Origin: Lama glama
Taxonomy: Eukaryota
Direction: 5' to 3'
Length of the DNA stretch: 64,000 bases
NCBI GenBank assembly: GCA_028534125.1
Contig: CM052818.1
Location: 19,594,001 to 19,658,000 of the forward strand
Shown here: one piece after another, positions 1 through 14,669 of the stretch
Layout of the letters: every line of letters begins with the position of its first letter
Position numbering within the stretch: the first letter of the stretch is position 1
Notes under the pieces: generated by a model
Seen by the model: only the letters and a program-made list of their open reading frames with translations
Databases searched by the model: none
What the model was told of the DNA's origin: nothing
Position numbers and translations under genes: made by a program

Positions 1-690
1 CCATGAACACAATATTGTAATCAATTATACTTCAATTTTTTAAAAACACTTGCACTATGTTATGACCGTTTATGAAGCAGAATTTCTCACACATCTCAGT
101 GGCACTGAAACAACCCCTACAAGGTCCAAGTTGGCAATCTACCCAAATGACCAATGCTCATACCTTTTGACCCAGAACTTTCCTGACTAGGAACTCACCC
201 TACAGACAGATTCCCACTGAAATAACACACAGGTATGACTCTGTTCTGGACTGTGGCATATGCTGAAAAGAGCCCAAGTCTGGAAGTGACCTATCTGTTT
301 CTCGGTTGGGAACTGCGTAAACAAACTATAGGACACCTGTCCTACAGGATACTACAAATATCACGTCGCAGTGCAAAGAAAAGGTAGCTCTGATGTAGAA
401 CAATCTCCAAGAGATATATTTTAAAAGAAAAAAGGCTAAAGGGAGAACATGCATTTTAAAAAAGGAAGAATACATGCACATAATTGCATGTATATGCTGC
501 TAATTATCTTGAAATGATATAGGAGACTAGGAATATTGACTACAGAGGAGCCAGGAGGCAGGGGATGGAGGTGGAAATTTTTACTGTCTATTCTTTTGTA
601 CCTTTTAAATTCAGTATAATGTGCTGAAATCATCTATTTCAAAAAATGTCAAATTAAAAGAATAAAGTGAAATTTAACAAAATAAATCAC
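1..690 (+). mobile_element. Old L1 (L1ME-like) 3' fragments
   Basis: Degenerate L1 3'-end motifs such as ccttttgacccag...ctaggaa and an A-rich end. Confidence 0.55.
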
Positions 691-1768
691 ACCAAAAATC
701 AAATATGGGCTTCAAGGGATGCTAGCCAATCAGAGCAAAGAAAGCTCTGTGATCCTGACCCTCAGTTTCCTCACCTGCTAGGAGGAGGTAACACCTGTGT
801 GGCTGACCCACCTCCACCTGGGAGGGAGGTGGGGTGTATGCCGAGCCTCCATGGTGACTGGCTGCACTCGGCACAAGTGAGTCCCTCCGCTTGCCCAGAT
901 GGCCTCAAGGCCCCAGCCTATGGTGACTGCAGAAGGTGCTAACGATGCTGAGGAGGGGGCAATGGGGAAGGGCAGCCCTAGTTGCTAGTCTCTGGACCGG
1001 TGGAGGCACTGAGCTCTGCAGAACCGCAGACGAGCCACAGCTGTCAGCAACACGCTCTCTTGGCCATTCTCCCTCCCTCTCCTCCACCACCAGGCAATGC
1101 ACCCCATGAAACATGACACTAAGCCTGGCACCCACACCAGGTGGAAGCATCTACTGCCCTCTTCATGGAGGGAGGGCACCCTACATAACCCCAAGGAGCG
1201 AAAGACTAAGAAGAGTCCTGGGCACCATGGTTCATGGGCCCAGGGCCCTCCAGCCAACACACAGGAGAATGAGCTTCCTCCACCTCACCAGCAGGGCAGT
1301 TGCACCACTAAAATGATTCCAGGCCTTTATTTTCACACTTACTTCCACTCACATCTCACAGCCCCTTGAAAGCTGGCATAAGCAGGAATCACCTTTCCCA
1401 TTACATTTTAAAGAGAACAAGGCCCAGAGAAGTGAAATGACTTTAGCCGACACCTCAGGCGACAGTGGCCACTACCAGATCGTCCAGCTCTCTGTCCCTC
1501 ACTCTTCCCACACTGTCGTCGGGCTCCCAGAACTCTGTCTTCTGAAGACAATCACCCCAACACGCGCAGGATTTACTGCTTCAGCAGCTTCCTGAAACGG
1601 GGCCCTTCCCACGAGCTCAGTGTGACAGGCCAGTCCCCTCAGTCCTCCCGAGAGCGCCCGCACCCACATGGGCCAAAGGAGAGGGAGGCAACACTTAGCG
1701 CCACCAACGTCAGCAGCACCAGAGCCCCAGATAAACATCCAGGTCCCGCCCAGCTGCCGGCCACCTAC

Positions 1769-1884
1769 CCCTTCTTCAGGTTTGTCACATAAGCGCTCTG
1801 GAGGGCGGCTTCCAGGAAGTAGGTGAGCTCATAGTCCACTGGGTGGGAGCCTTTCAGGTGCCGGGATGTGATGTTACTTGTGAT
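1769..1884 (-). CDS. TTC7A: TTC7A coding exon 5, 116 bp; the gene continues beyond the left edge of the window
   Basis: Acceptor ttcccag|ATC and donor GG|GTAGG. In frame with exon 4: [38 protein letters not shown](G). Confidence 0.96.
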
Positions 1885-3009
1885 CTGGGAAGCGGAACAG
1901 AGAGAGCCACTGTCTAGAAGTTCTGAGGCCAAGGGGCCGGGGTCAGCCCAGGCAGGGACAGTGGCCCCATCATCACCCAAGTCCTCAGACACCTCAGGAG
2001 CATGCAGTGCAATCCTCAGACCAAACTCAACCTAACTTGCTTTAATTTAAAATATGTCTGAAGCACTTTCCCTGTGCAAATGCCCACAGCAGCACTACAA
2101 GGCTGGTTCTGATTAAATGATTTGATTTACATTGTATAGATGAGGAAATTGAGGCCCAGAAAGTGCTGGAGGTCACAAGGCTGGCTTGGGCCTCGACCTC
2201 AAAGTCAAGTCTGGCCAGCTACACATTCCAGGCTCTACTACTTACCGGTGCATTTATTTAACAAACACTTGAGAACCTACCCGACGCCAGGCACTGCACT
2301 ATTCCTGTCACATAACCATGGACCCTAAGAACAGCCCAACGGCTGGGGGACCCCTGGTTCCAGCAAAAGCTGAGGAACAATTATATTAACTGAGCTGCTG
2401 CTTAAGCTTTAGCCCTAAGAGGGTCACCCAGCCCCACCGAGATGGGCCTGGTTGTACTATGCCACCTCCCTCACCTCCCTCTCTGATTCGAGGAGAAAAA
2501 AGTCAAGGAGCCACCCACCTTATCTTTCAGAAACTGAAGGAGGCATAAGAGACATTCTTAGATCCTCAGAGGTTGGGCTGGGTCTTGGGAGGGACACCCA
2601 ACACTGCTGAACACACAGGCTTCCCTGGCCTGTCCTCCCTCCACCCAAGATAACTAGCTATCGGGCCCATTTGTCTACCCTCTGACCCCAGGCACTGCTT
2701 CCAGGCCTGGACTCCATTACAGCTCATCTCCCGTAATCTCCTTTTAAGAGTCCAAAGCCTGGCCTTCTGGCTGAATGGGAGACTTTCTTTTTCAGGGAAG
2801 TTTCCTCCAAAGCACATGCAATTCAAATGTGAAGAGCTCCTGAAACACTGCACGTGACCTTGGCAGAGGTCAGCTCAAGTCTCCACGTGGAAGTTCGCCA
2901 GGGAATACACTTGAAACCTGTTTCTGCTGAGCTGCCCAATCACGTCTCCTCAACCCTGAAGTCCAGGCAAAATCATTTAATCAAAACCAGCCTCGTAGTG
3001 CTGTTGGGG

Positions 3010-3229
3010 CAGTGACTCGCAACAGGGGTACAACTCTGCCCCCCACCCCGGACATGTGGCAATATCTGGGGACATTTTTGGTTGTCACAATGTAGGGAGT
3101 GGGCATGGACTGGCTGCTGGTATCCAGTGGGTGGAGGCCAGGGGTGCTGCTAGACATCCTACAGTACACAGGGTGGCACAAGTGTTATCTGGCCCCAAAC
3201 GTCAGTAGTGCTGAGGCTGAGAAGCCCTG
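3010..3229 (+). mobile_element. MER20 (hAT-Charlie MITE)
   Basis: ggcaatatctggggacatttttggttgtcacaa...gaggccaggggtgctgctagacatcctaca...gctgagaagccctg matches the recalled MER20 consensus. Confidence 0.85.
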
Positions 3230-3904
3230 CTCTAGGGGAACTGATCTGGCCTGAGGAAGACTCCTCCAGAAAGGCCCACCACAAAAACAGGTGCTGGGGT
3301 GACATTTTGGTATTTGCCAAAGTAAGTGAGGTTCAAACAGCTCCTGAGCGCTGAGTCTCTCAGCTCGTGACCACCTCCATCTGGACCCAATCCGCATCTA
3401 CTCTACCACCTAGCACCTACTAAACATCTACTAAAAGAATGCCTAAGCACCACCCCAAAGCCTCCCCCACAAGTAATGCAGGGTTCAAATCCTGCCAATA
3501 TCACTTAGGAACTATCTGAGCTCTGGAAAGCTATTTAACTCCTTTCTAAACCCGAGTTCCTCACTTATAAAATGGGAATAAAACAGTAACCTGTTCCAGC
3601 TGGTTGTCTGAGGGTCAAATTAAACTGTTAAGAACTGTAAAGTACTCAGTAGTGCCTGACACAAAAGCAGGGACGCAGTAACCGTTAGCAGTATCTCTGC
3701 TGAACACAGCTGCTGTTGTCCATCTATTAACCCCAGAAAAGGGAGAACTAGGGTAACGTCACAGTATGCTGCTCACACCTGGAACTGCCCTCCTGTGGAC
3801 AGTTCATACAGGCATGACCCACAGGCTTGGGGGGCGGGGTGTGAGTAGATACAGGTGCTCAAAAGAGGGCAGTGATGACCACCGGGCTGTTATTCCCAGC
3901 TCAC

Positions 3905-4035
3905 CTTCTCCAATTCCTGCAGGAACACCTGAGCAATCCAGGAGGCCCTCTCGAAACAGGCGATCACCTCCTCCTCCCTCTCAGTCACGCGGTGGCGGGA
4001 CGCGATGGAGTTGGGTAGGTGTTCCAGGGAGAGGC
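3905..4035 (-). CDS. TTC7A: TTC7A coding exon 4, 131 bp
   Basis: Acceptor ctgcag|GCCTC and donor AAG|GTGAG. Encodes (G)[43 protein letters not shown]. Confidence 0.96.
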
Positions 4036-4984
4036 CTGCAGGAGGAGAATACCTTGGACCTGCCCTGCTCAGGGCGCCCCCTGTGATTTCCACCCCTTCC
4101 CATGGGCCCAGGGTGGACTCCTCTGAGGAGACTCTGGAGCAGCCAGCGGGAGGTGGGAGATCCTCGGAGGGGAAGAAGGGGCTAAAGCAAGGACGGTATT
4201 AGCGGCGGCTGGGGTTAAGCAGTGGGCCGAGAGCAGGCACCCATTCCCCCAGTGGGGACCCACGCTGTGGCAACCCCATGCCCAACTCCTGCCTCTCGGT
4301 CCAGGCAGCACCTCCCAGAACCATTCCTAACCCCTCCTCCCAGTTGCTAGAAAACATCCACTCGCCAGGCACTCACCGTGTCTACATCCTGGAGTAGTTA
4401 TTTACATTCAGTTCTTCTCTCCCCCAGTAGCTCAAAGCTCCACGTGAGCAAAATATGAGTCTTTGTGGACTGCCAGTCCCTAGCATGCAGTAGCCGGTGG
4501 AATTACACTGCATTTATATGCTCCCCTCCCGTGGAACCAGAGTTTCTACTGTTACGGGCACTCAGCTTCTCTGTGCCTGAAGTGGAATCTGCTGGTTTTG
4601 GCTCCCTGGCTTCCACCTCCCATTCTTTCAGGAACAGCACCTCATTTACCTTTAAGCACTCATCCTACAGCCTCAGTCCCCGTGGTTCACAGGGCGGAGA
4701 CCCCGCCCACCCCCAGGGCAGGCACGTGAGCCTGATCCCTCAAAAGAGCCGCAGTGATGGGCTCAGCGTGCACACCTGGCCCAATCTGGGCCAAAAAGAC
4801 CCAATCCCAGGAGTCTCACCCTTTCCACTGGGGTTGTTAAGCTGCTAAGAGGCCAGCCTGGAAATGTTAGGGAAAGCCCTCCCTAAAATGAAACTACACC
4901 ATATGAATGTTAATATGACTGTACACTTGGAAATGGTTAAGATGGTAAATTTTATGTGCTTTTTACCAAAATTAAATTTTTAAT

Positions 4985-5056
4985 ACTTTTTTTTTGATGG
5001 AGCTGCTGGGGATTGAACCCAGGACCTTGTGCATGCTAAGCATGTGCTCTACCCTA
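4985..5056 (-). mobile_element. Vic-1-type camelid SINE, partial
   Basis: ggggattgaacccaggaccttgtgcatgctaagcatg is the reverse of the tRNA-like head. Confidence 0.8.
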
Positions 5057-5581
5057 AACTTTTTTTTAAAATTACCATGAAAGCATAGCTCTAAAGCCAA
5101 AAAAAAAAAAAAGACAAAAAAAAAAACCTCTCAAAACTATAAGATACTAAGAAAGGAAAGCTGTAAATGAAACAACTATGTTTGTGATTTTTTTTTTTGA
5201 GACAGGGAAAAGATTGACTAAACTCTTAATCATGAAAACAAAAAAAGAAGTCTACACAGAGCAGAGATGAGACATGATGGAAAAGGGCAGATTCCTAAGA
5301 CATTGAGGACCTTGCCTGAAGCTCCACACCCTGAAACTTGCCAGTATCTGCACCAGTAAACCCTTCCTCCTACTTTTTTCGGGGGGGAGGGGTCAAAGTC
5401 CACTTAAATTGTGGTCCTGTTATGTGCAACTCACAGTCCTGACTAGAAGAGTGCTCTCCTAGCCTGCAGTTCTCTGTGGGCGGAATCCAGATCTTTCTCC
5501 TCTTTGTGCCCAAACAGTACTTTACTTGTAGCAGGTGCTCCAGATGAACTGACAGAAGGAAGGGGTAAGAGGAGAATCCTC

Positions 5582-5670
5582 GGGGAGAGGGTACAGCTCA
5601 GTGGTAGAAGGCATGCTTAGCGTGCCCGAGGTCTTAGTTAATTAATTAAATGAGAACATAAAAAATAAAG
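5582..5670 (+). mobile_element. Vic-1-type SINE, internally deleted
   Basis: ggggagagggtacagctcagtggtag head, flanked by the direct repeat gagaatcctc. Confidence 0.8.
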
Positions 5671-5997
5671 AAGAGAATCCTCAACTCTCTCCTGCCTTTT
5701 GCCCTAACACCCAACTGATGACCAAGCCTTCAAACCTTCCCTACCCCTCCTTTCTCTTATCTCCTTATTTCAGGCTTTATCTCTTGAGTGGATGACCACT
5801 TCAGCCTCCTGGCTGGCCTCCTTGCCTCCAGTCTCACTCTAATCTATCCTGCTCATGGCTCCCAGGCTGATCTTTCTAAAACTCCACTGCTTAAAACCTT
5901 CCAAGAGTCCCCTGGGTAAAGTCCAAACTCCTGACACTCCATACCAGGCCCTCCAAGATCCATCCCCATCACCTCCCCAGCCTTGTCTCTCACCATA

Positions 5998-6502
5998 TGT
6001 TAGAGATAGAATGTTTGTGTCCCTGTGAGAGTCACATGTTGAAAACCTAATGCTCAAGCTGGTGGTATTACGGGGTGGGGCCTTGAGGAGGTGATTAGGT
6101 CGCAAGGGTGATAGGGATCAATGTGCTTATAAAAGAGACCCCAGAGAGCTCCCTCACCCCTTCTGTCATGTGAACATACAGCAGAAAGTTGACAGCCTGG
6201 GGCAGAGGGTACAGTTCAGTGGCAGACTGCATGTGCACAGTCTCCTGGGTTCAATCCCCAGTACCTTCATTTAAAAAATAAATAGACCTAATTAACCCCC
6301 CTCTAAAAACAAAAACAATTTTTTTTTTAAGTGAAGAAGTTAGCAGCCTACAAGCTAGAAGGGGGCTCTCACCAGAGCCTGACAATGCTGGTGCCTTGAT
6401 CAGACTTTCAGCCTCCAGGACTATGAGGAATAGGGATCTACTGGGTGTAAGCCACCAAATCTGGGATGCTTTGTTATAGCAGCCGGAGCTGACTGTATGA
6501 CA
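5998..6502 (+). mobile_element. MLT1 (ERVL-MaLR) LTR interrupted by a Vic-1 SINE at about 6199-6334
   Basis: gaatgtttgtgtccc...ggtggggccttgaggaggtgattaggt...ttataaaagagacccc...tttgttatagcagcc. The SINE is flanked by a degenerate agaa(a)gtt..cagcct repeat. Confidence 0.85.
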
Positions 6503-7879
6503 CCATACCTGCTGCATCAACACCCAACCTCCCGCTCCTCTTGCCTGGAATGCACCTCCCCGACCCAAAGTCCACCTTGTAGCCACCTTGTACCCCACTG
6601 AGTGCCACCTCCTCTACAGAGCCCTGCCTAATATACCGTGGTGTAACCAACCACTCTCTCCTTGGGCCCTAGTCTACACTTGGCATATTCCTGCCCCACC
6701 ATTTCTTGTACTTATTTGTTCATGTGTTTGCCCAACCAGACTGTAGGCTCCTTAAAGACACTGACCTTATCAACTTCCCCTTTCTACAACCTGCACATAG
6801 TAGGCACTCAGCAACCACTGGCTGGCTGAAGAAATGAGAAGCCTGATCATGCCTTACACAGCACAAGGTGCTCTACAAACACAAGGTAAGGAATTATTGC
6901 TTTTCTTGGCTAGATCCCAACTCATATGGATTCAGTGACCTTGCCCTCTGCCAGGGTGGGATGTGAACAGGTCCAAAGGTCGGGATGCCTCAGCCTGGGG
7001 AAAGGCAGGCACAGACCGTGAAGGCCCTTGCTCAACACAAGAATTAAGCAACACAGGTCACCAACTGTCAACGTGCCTCCTGCCAAATGATTCATGACTG
7101 GGGGAGGCCTGAAGCAGGAGGAGGCACAGCAAAAGGCAGGAGAAGGCAGGCCCCAGTGCTCACCACTGGCGCTGGCCCAGCCCCTCCTCTCCAGACCATG
7201 GCCCGTGTACCCTGCAGGAAGGTGGGGACAGAGACACTGTTCAGGGACCTGGCCTGGGAGCCAAGTGCAGATGGCAGGAGGGCACAGCCAACTCCAGAAG
7301 ACAAAGAGAGGACTGTTTTAACACATCTGCTTTGTGTCCCCCACCCCACCCCGAGAGATTTCCTGCTGGCTGGGTTCCCCTCCTGCCCCACCTCTGGGCC
7401 CTGAACTGGGAAGGACGATGCCAGCTGCCTGGCAGGTTCAGGCTGCCAGTGCCAAGCCTCCGGTGGGCTCGCCACGGCAAAATGGTGAATCCAGTATCAT
7501 CTGTCTGCGGGGCCGCCACCTTCCCCATGCTTCATTGGTTCCTTCCCCTCCTAGCAGAGACCTCTCCACCATGCTTCTCTGAGAATTCTACATCCCATCC
7601 TCCTTGGAAGCTCACAGCAAAACCACCTCTTCTCTGAAGGCTTCTTAAGTCTCCAGACTTCAAAACCAACAGAACGTTTTAACTGCGTCTCCTTTGTGTA
7701 TGTCTTTCCCCTATGTTGCAGCCATCCTCTCTGCTCATTTCTGGTTGATCTTTGCACCCAGCCAGAGCAAGGCCTGGTAGATGGACATACAGATGAACAC
7801 ATACATTCACTCATGCCAAGTGTGGAGCCCGGCAGGGTTTCTCCCTCTCCATCTAAAAAATGGTTCTTGCAGAATTCAC

Positions 7880-8295
7880 AAACTGTGGCGTATCTGTACA
7901 ATGGACTACTACTCAGAAAGAAGCAAAAGGGCACACTCTGGGTACATACAGCATGGATGAATCTCTCAGAACTTACATGGCACAAAAGAAGCCAGATACC
8001 AAAACGTATGTGCTGTATAATTTCAGTTATACGACGTTAAAAAAAAAATAGAATCTGTATTAACAGAAACCAACCAATCACTGTCTGGGGTGGGGGTGGG
8101 GAGGGAATCAATTGGCAAAGGACCTGAGGGAATTTTCTGGGGTGATGGAAATGTTCTTTGTCTTTATTTGGCGTGTTGGTTACATGTGTATTTATACTTG
8201 CCTAACTGATCAATTATACACTTAAGATCTGTTCCCTGTATGAAAATTTATCTAAAAATAATGAATATAATGTCTTTTGTTTAATAAAAAAAAAG
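7880..8295 (+). mobile_element. Old L1 (L1MC/L1ME-like) 3' end
   Basis: gcatggatgaatctc...aaagaagccagata...ttctggggtgatggaaatgttct. Confidence 0.75.
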
Positions 8296-9239
8296 GCAAT
8301 ATGATTCCCAAGAACTAATGAAGGACAAAGTAGAGGGGCTACAGTGACTGAGGTGCTGGTCTGTGAAATAATCTCCAACATACATAAGACCAAAAAGTTT
8401 CCTGGAGCTGGCAATGGCTTTTCCTAATGAGGGTCACATTCCAGCTGCCCAAGTCTGCCCATAAAAAGGGGCTTCTTTGCCTTATATTTGCACTTTGATT
8501 CAAACCAAGGTCCATTTTCCTGTCCACAAACATCTGATTGGAAATCTACTGGGAACTCCAACCCTCGGGTTCCTTCCCCCTCTGCCCCGTGTGTTTGAGC
8601 ACAAGTGGTCAGACCACAACATGACATCCAAGGTGGAGACGGGCTGCTCCTGAGCCGGGCCCCCAAAGGATCCCAGTGGTTGTAACCCAGCCCTGTCACA
8701 AGGGTGGGAAGCCAGGGGCTGCCAGGAAGCACCAGGCACTGCCTCACGATTCCCACTGGCAGAGGGGCCTATCTGTGAAAACACCCAGCTCTACAAGCCA
8801 AGGAAGGTCCCCCTCCAAGAGGAGCACTTGCTTTTTCATTAACTCCGAACTTCCGGACTGGAGGCAAGCTGATCCTGGCACAGTCCCGAGCTCAACACCC
8901 AGGCTGGTCCCAGCCTCATCAGTCTGAGTGACTCATCACATCCCAGACAGCAGCCCTTCCAAGAAGCCCTGCCTTTGGAGCCCTGGGCCCTGGATGCAGA
9001 GATGGAGAGCATAATGCTTCCTCTGCAATGGAACTTTCCAGATGGGAGGACCCCTTACCTCTTGCCTACCCAGCTGGTCCAAGAGCACAGGGTACCCAAG
9101 AGGACCATGCCCTGAGCTGGGTACCCTGGGGTGTGGGGTGGAGGAGGGAGAAATGCAAGTCATTACTTCAGCCCTCAAGGAGGAAGCCTCAAGGCCAGGT
9201 TGGGAGGAACCCTCCTCATAAATCACACTCAAAAGTGGG

Positions 9240-9910
9240 CAACTGTGAGAATTGAAAATGGTACAGCTGCTGTGGAAAACGGTCTGGCTGTTCCTCAAAA
9301 GATTAAAAACAGAATTACCATACGATCCAGCAACTCCGCTGGAACTCCATCCTCAAAGGAACCGAAAAGAGGGGCTAGAAGAGGTATGTGTACACCCGTG
9401 TTCACAGCAGCACCATTCACAATAGCAAAGAGGTAGAAGCAACCCATGTGTCCACTGATGGATGAATAAAGAAAATGTAGTCTACACATACCATGGAATA
9501 TTATTCAGCCTTAAAAAAGAAGGAAATCCTGCCAAATGCAACAGTGTGGATGAACCTTAAGGACAGTATTCTAAGTGAAATAAGCCAGTCACAAAAAAGT
9601 GATTCCACTTCTATGAGGTTTCTAGAGTAGTCAGACTCATAAAGACAGAAAGCAGAACAGTGACTGCCAGGGGCTAGTGGGAGGGGAACGGGGCGCTGTT
9701 TAGTGGATATGGAGTTTCAGTTTTGTAAGACGAAATGTTCTGGAGATTGGTTGCACAACAATGTGAATGTACTTAACACTACTGAACTGTACACTTAAAA
9801 ATGGTTCAGATAATAAATTTTGTTATGTCTATTTTACCACAGTTTAAAAAAAAATCTTACTGGTTAAGATGCTGAATTTTATGTCATATTTTACCAACTG
9901 AAAAAAAGCA
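9240..9910 (+). mobile_element. L1MB-like 3' end (ORF2 C-terminus and 3' UTR)
   Basis: aaaatggtacagctgctgtggaaaac...gttcacagcagcaccattcacaatagc...ctgaactgtacacttaaaaatgg. Confidence 0.85.
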
Positions 9911-12900
9911 CTCCTTGTATTACTCTCCAAAAAGTGTGTAAACTGTGATTCAGTAACTCTACTTCTAGGAATTTTTCCTAAGAAAGAAAGAGATTTAACC
10001 TACAAGTCCAATAATAGGAGACAAGTTTGCTAAACCACAATGGATTCTTACCATGAAATGCTACCAAGCTAATGTAGATGTATACTGGAAACTAGTTTAT
10101 AAAATATTAACTTTAAAGAACAAGTTATAAGATATATGACTGTATGAACTTCTTTTTGTTAAAAAAAAACACATATAAACCTACAGGGAAAAAGATTGGA
10201 AGGATATACCTCAAAGTATTTACAGAGATCTGAGTCTCAGTTTCCCCAAACACAAAATGGGATCACTATCAATGCATAGGATGGCTGTGAAAATTAAATT
10301 AGATGGTACTATAAAGAGCAGAACGTATACTCTCAGAAAACGTTTTCATGTTACGTTCACAGTGACCTCTCAGGTAGGAATCTGGCCCTTCCCTAGAACG
10401 ACAAATGGGGAATCCATCCAGGGAGAAGAGAGTCCTTCCAACAACTTGCCACTAAAACTGCCAATGAGATCCAGAGCTTCCATCTTCAACACCATCTGTT
10501 CTCTCGGCCCCAACCCCGTGTGTCTTTCCTTACCCGCAGTGACCCACCAGGGGTTCCCAAATCTCTGGCCAGCCCATGGTGACCCACCTTTCACGACGGC
10601 TGAATTACAGCCGTCTGCCCAGGCAGGGGATGGGCCCTAGTGCTGGTGTTCGTTTCTCAGATGCACCCCTCAAAGCCCTGTCCATAGTCCACACCCCACT
10701 ACACCGACTGCTCTCTGGGGTGGCCTCCAATGATGGAGGAAAGGGTGGCCAGCAGAAGATGCAAGAAACCACACCAACCTCTTCCCCTCCAGCCCCACGG
10801 TCTTCCTCCTATGAGTCCACTTATCATCCAGTCCTGTTTGGTACCTCGCAGCCCAGGCAGGCCCTTGATGAGGGCTTGGTGAGCACACAACACGCCTGGC
10901 CTCCTTCCAAGACACCCTAGCATGCTCACTCCTCTCCATCTGGAGGCCAGCCTCTCACTCTGTGGACCACAGTCCAGGGACAGAGCAGCAGCACCAAAAG
11001 TGCTGACCCACTTCCACACAAGGCAGACAGCCTACGCCCCTTTGAGAAGGAAGCCAAAATAAACAGCTAATTCCTACCATACCACAACTAATAAAACCCC
11101 AAAACCAAATATCCCACCATATCCTGCCCCAGCAGCAGCCTGGTGTTCTTCCTTTTATTTTTGAAAGTTTTAATAAAGCCATAAAATCCCGGGTGAGAGC
11201 AGAAGACCTGGGGGTGCACAGACTGAGAGACAACAGAAAAGAGAGAGAAAAAAAAAGAAAAATCTTGAGGGGTGAGTGGAAGAGAATTTGCAGATTGTAA
11301 TTCTCATAGTTGCTTAATGTTTCTTACATTTTTACTTTTCACAGCACCTTCACAACTCAGCATTTCACTGCAGTATTTTGGATGACCTGGGGCCATTTTT
11401 CTCCAATCTTCTATCGGTCAGCCAGTAGGCAAGTGTGCCCAGAGTGGCCCCCCTGGTGCCAGGCTATGTGAAAGGAAAAGGGGTTGGCTAGGCTGAAACC
11501 CAGGCCAGCACTGGTTTTCAAGGGGCCCAGAGCCACAAGCAGCCCTAGATTAGGTGGCAATAATGAGGTCTGAATGGCTCAGGGCAGGGCTCGTGGCTGG
11601 AGAAACAGGGGTCACTCCCCACACTGTTACCATGCTGACCTAGTGCCAGAGAAACAGAAGCAACACAGGCCGGAGGAGAGAAGGAAGTCATTTGCCATAG
11701 AATGGCCCTCTGAGAGGTGGACAATGACACTGGGGCTTTTGGGGGCTCAACTGGGTTAGGCTTGAGATGTCAAAAGAACAGGCCCTGAAGTATCCTGCAT
11801 GTCCATCAAAGCGGGGGATACCCCTTAGGACTCAGACCAACAGGAAAGAGGACAGTTTGTCACCTAGATCCACAACAGCCTAACCTAGCCTAGGGCCCAG
11901 ACCCCTCTGCTCCAGATGGACCCAGACAGCATGCTGACCAACAGGTGAGCCCAATTTTAGAGGAGACAGTCTGTGCCACACCTCACGGTGTGGCTGTCTA
12001 GGACCAAAGCTCTGGAACTCCAGTCAAAGGGACACCCTGAGCCTTACTGCTGGGTTCTCAGTACCCCCTAATTTCCCAGTCCCTCCCACGCACACCCCCT
12101 CTCAGTTCCAAAAAGCTGTGAATACACCCCACTCCAGACAAGCCACCTCCATTTGCCTGGGGCCTCCGTTTGGGTTTTTCCTTTACCTGGAAGGCACCTC
12201 TTCCCCTCATCTGCAGCCTCCCAACTCACCTGAGAAGGCCCCACAACCAGCTGGGTCTCACTCACTTCCCTCTCTGGAAAACACCAGGTCAAACACGTAC
12301 TCCTTGGGCATCATGGACAAGCCCCAAACCAGAATCAGAGAAAGCCAAGTTCAAATCCTGACCCAGTGGCTCCTCATGTAACCTCAGGTGAGTCTGTCTG
12401 AGCTCTGGGGTTCTGCCCTCCATACTTTTCACCTACTTTGGTAACAGCACCCTGATTGTCTTCTGAGGGACCATTACTCCAGCTCAGTCCACAAGATTCA
12501 AGTGTGGAAATCCCACCCTAGGCACCAACCCAGCGAGCTGGATGCTGGTCACTGAAACTGGTCCCAGAGTGGGCATGGGGCCCAACCAGGCCAATGAGAA
12601 CCTTCCCTGCGGCACTCTCTCCTTCTGAGGTTGTGAGTCTAGGCTGCAGGACCCTGTAAAGCTCAACACATGGAACCCCTGGATCCAGCTATGCCTGATG
12701 CCACCTACACCAATGATTTTCTAGCTACACAGGCCCAAACATTTCTAGTCCCTCCCCGTTTTGGTTGTTGCCCTTCCAACTAGTTGCAGTTGCATTTTTG
12801 TCATTACAACCCTAAGTCTGGTTACACAGAAACTGATCCCCAGATGCATGCTGTCAGAGGGAATATTCCTGACGTGCAGGACCAGGTGAGCTGAGGCCAG

Positions 12901-14669
12901 GCATGGGAGTGACAATTTTGCCATTTCTCAGTAAGAACCTGGAATTCCAGATCCACAGCAGCAGCAGTGCCAGTTGAAATGCAGCCTGTTTTGTCCTGAG
13001 GAGAGACCTTGGGCCACGGAGGCTGGAGTTTTAGGGTACCTGGTAGAACATTTCAGGGTATTAGCCTACATTGGGGCTCAGAGTAAGGGCCATGAAAAGG
13101 GGCAAGCTGCACTTCCCGCAGCCCCTATGAAAGACGCAGCTTGGCTAAGGGGCCCTTTTTGTCTGTGGACAACAAAGACAGCTGAGAATCAAGCCAGACA
13201 ATTAGAGCTGAAAATTCTCTGCTCCTGCTGAGGCAGTGCTGGAGGAGGTAAGAAGATGGGACCCCATCAGGCCTGATCTCCCCAGGAACCCACAGAGAAG
13301 CGCACTGTGGCTCTCATGTGCTGCTGAAGGACCAGATGCAGCTTGGGGGCAAAGAGCATGTGCACCCCCGGCCCACCCTTGGTTTCCCCATTAAACTGAG
13401 GGCCGGGGTGCTGAGAGGGGCCCCAGGGCTGGTGCTGAGGGACAGAAACTTCTAGGCCTGGATCTAGATCCAAGGACTTTGTGAACATAGTCTTTGGCTC
13501 TAGCTTCTCGCCCCTGGAGATGATCTGATGCCAACGCCCAAAGGCTTATTACTCGGGAGCTCCAGAGCCAGACAGACCCCAAATCTGGCAGACAAGGCCT
13601 TGGACTGCTCAGCTCACAAGGTCATCCCAGGCTGGCACTCCTACTTGGAAGTGGGCAGCTGAGGAGCTGCAGCCCCAGAGGGGATTCACAAACGGCCCCC
13701 TCAGGGGTCGAGACAGAGCTGCCCACAGAACAGAACTGAGCAGCTGCGTGGCCAGGACACCTTGGCTGGACAGCAAGTCTGCTGCTGTCCTGCCCTGGGA
13801 GGCCGTGGTATTAGACTACAGACCAGCACCTCTGCGTGTTTCCATTTCCTGCAGTGTCCAAACAGCAGGCTTCACTGACACTATGAATACAGGGACTGGG
13901 CAGGGACTGGCCACCTGGCTTATGGCTCATCAGTTCTGTGACAGCCACTGCAGGCTAAAGGCCTTCTCCAGAATGGCTGCCTCCCCCAGAGCTACATCAA
14001 CCAGCAGCAGGCTTTGCTCACCTGCCCACCACTCCCACAAGAGAAGGGACCCTAGTTGTCTACCTTGGCACCCCCAGCAGGCTTGCTGTATCAACTGCTG
14101 GCAAATTTTACTTTCTCCTGTGGGAGCTGGACCAGGGACTCTGAGGGGTACAACTACAAGACGCCAGACCCCTGGCAGGAGAGGCATACTGACCTCTAAC
14201 TGGGGAGACTGGGCCAAGGTCCAAACGAGCGTGATGGAGGGAGAGAATGCTGTAAGCTGTGGCTGCAACCAAGGGACGTCTCCTGGCAGAGAAGGCACAT
14301 GAACTGTGTCTGAAGGGAGTGTTAGTGCTCTCTACACACAGAGGAACAAAAAGGGGATGGTCGGTGAGGACAGTGACCCAAGAAAAGGCAAAGGGACAGA
14401 ACTTTTTAGATCAGGTTGGGCACCAGGAGTGACCTCATTTATCTGGAACATGGGCTCTGGGAAGGGAGAAGAGGGAGAGAAGATTAGGGGTGTGGAAGAA
14501 ATGACCCCCTGTCCTCGAGGGGCTTCGAGTTCCATAGGGAGCCAGGTCTGACACCCGCAAGCACACGAAATCAAAGGAGCAGGGCTCTGCCCAGGGCTTT
14601 GCCAGAGTCAGGCCTTCTGAGAAGGGCCTCGACACCACATTATCCTAGATTGTTTTAAAAGTAAATGGA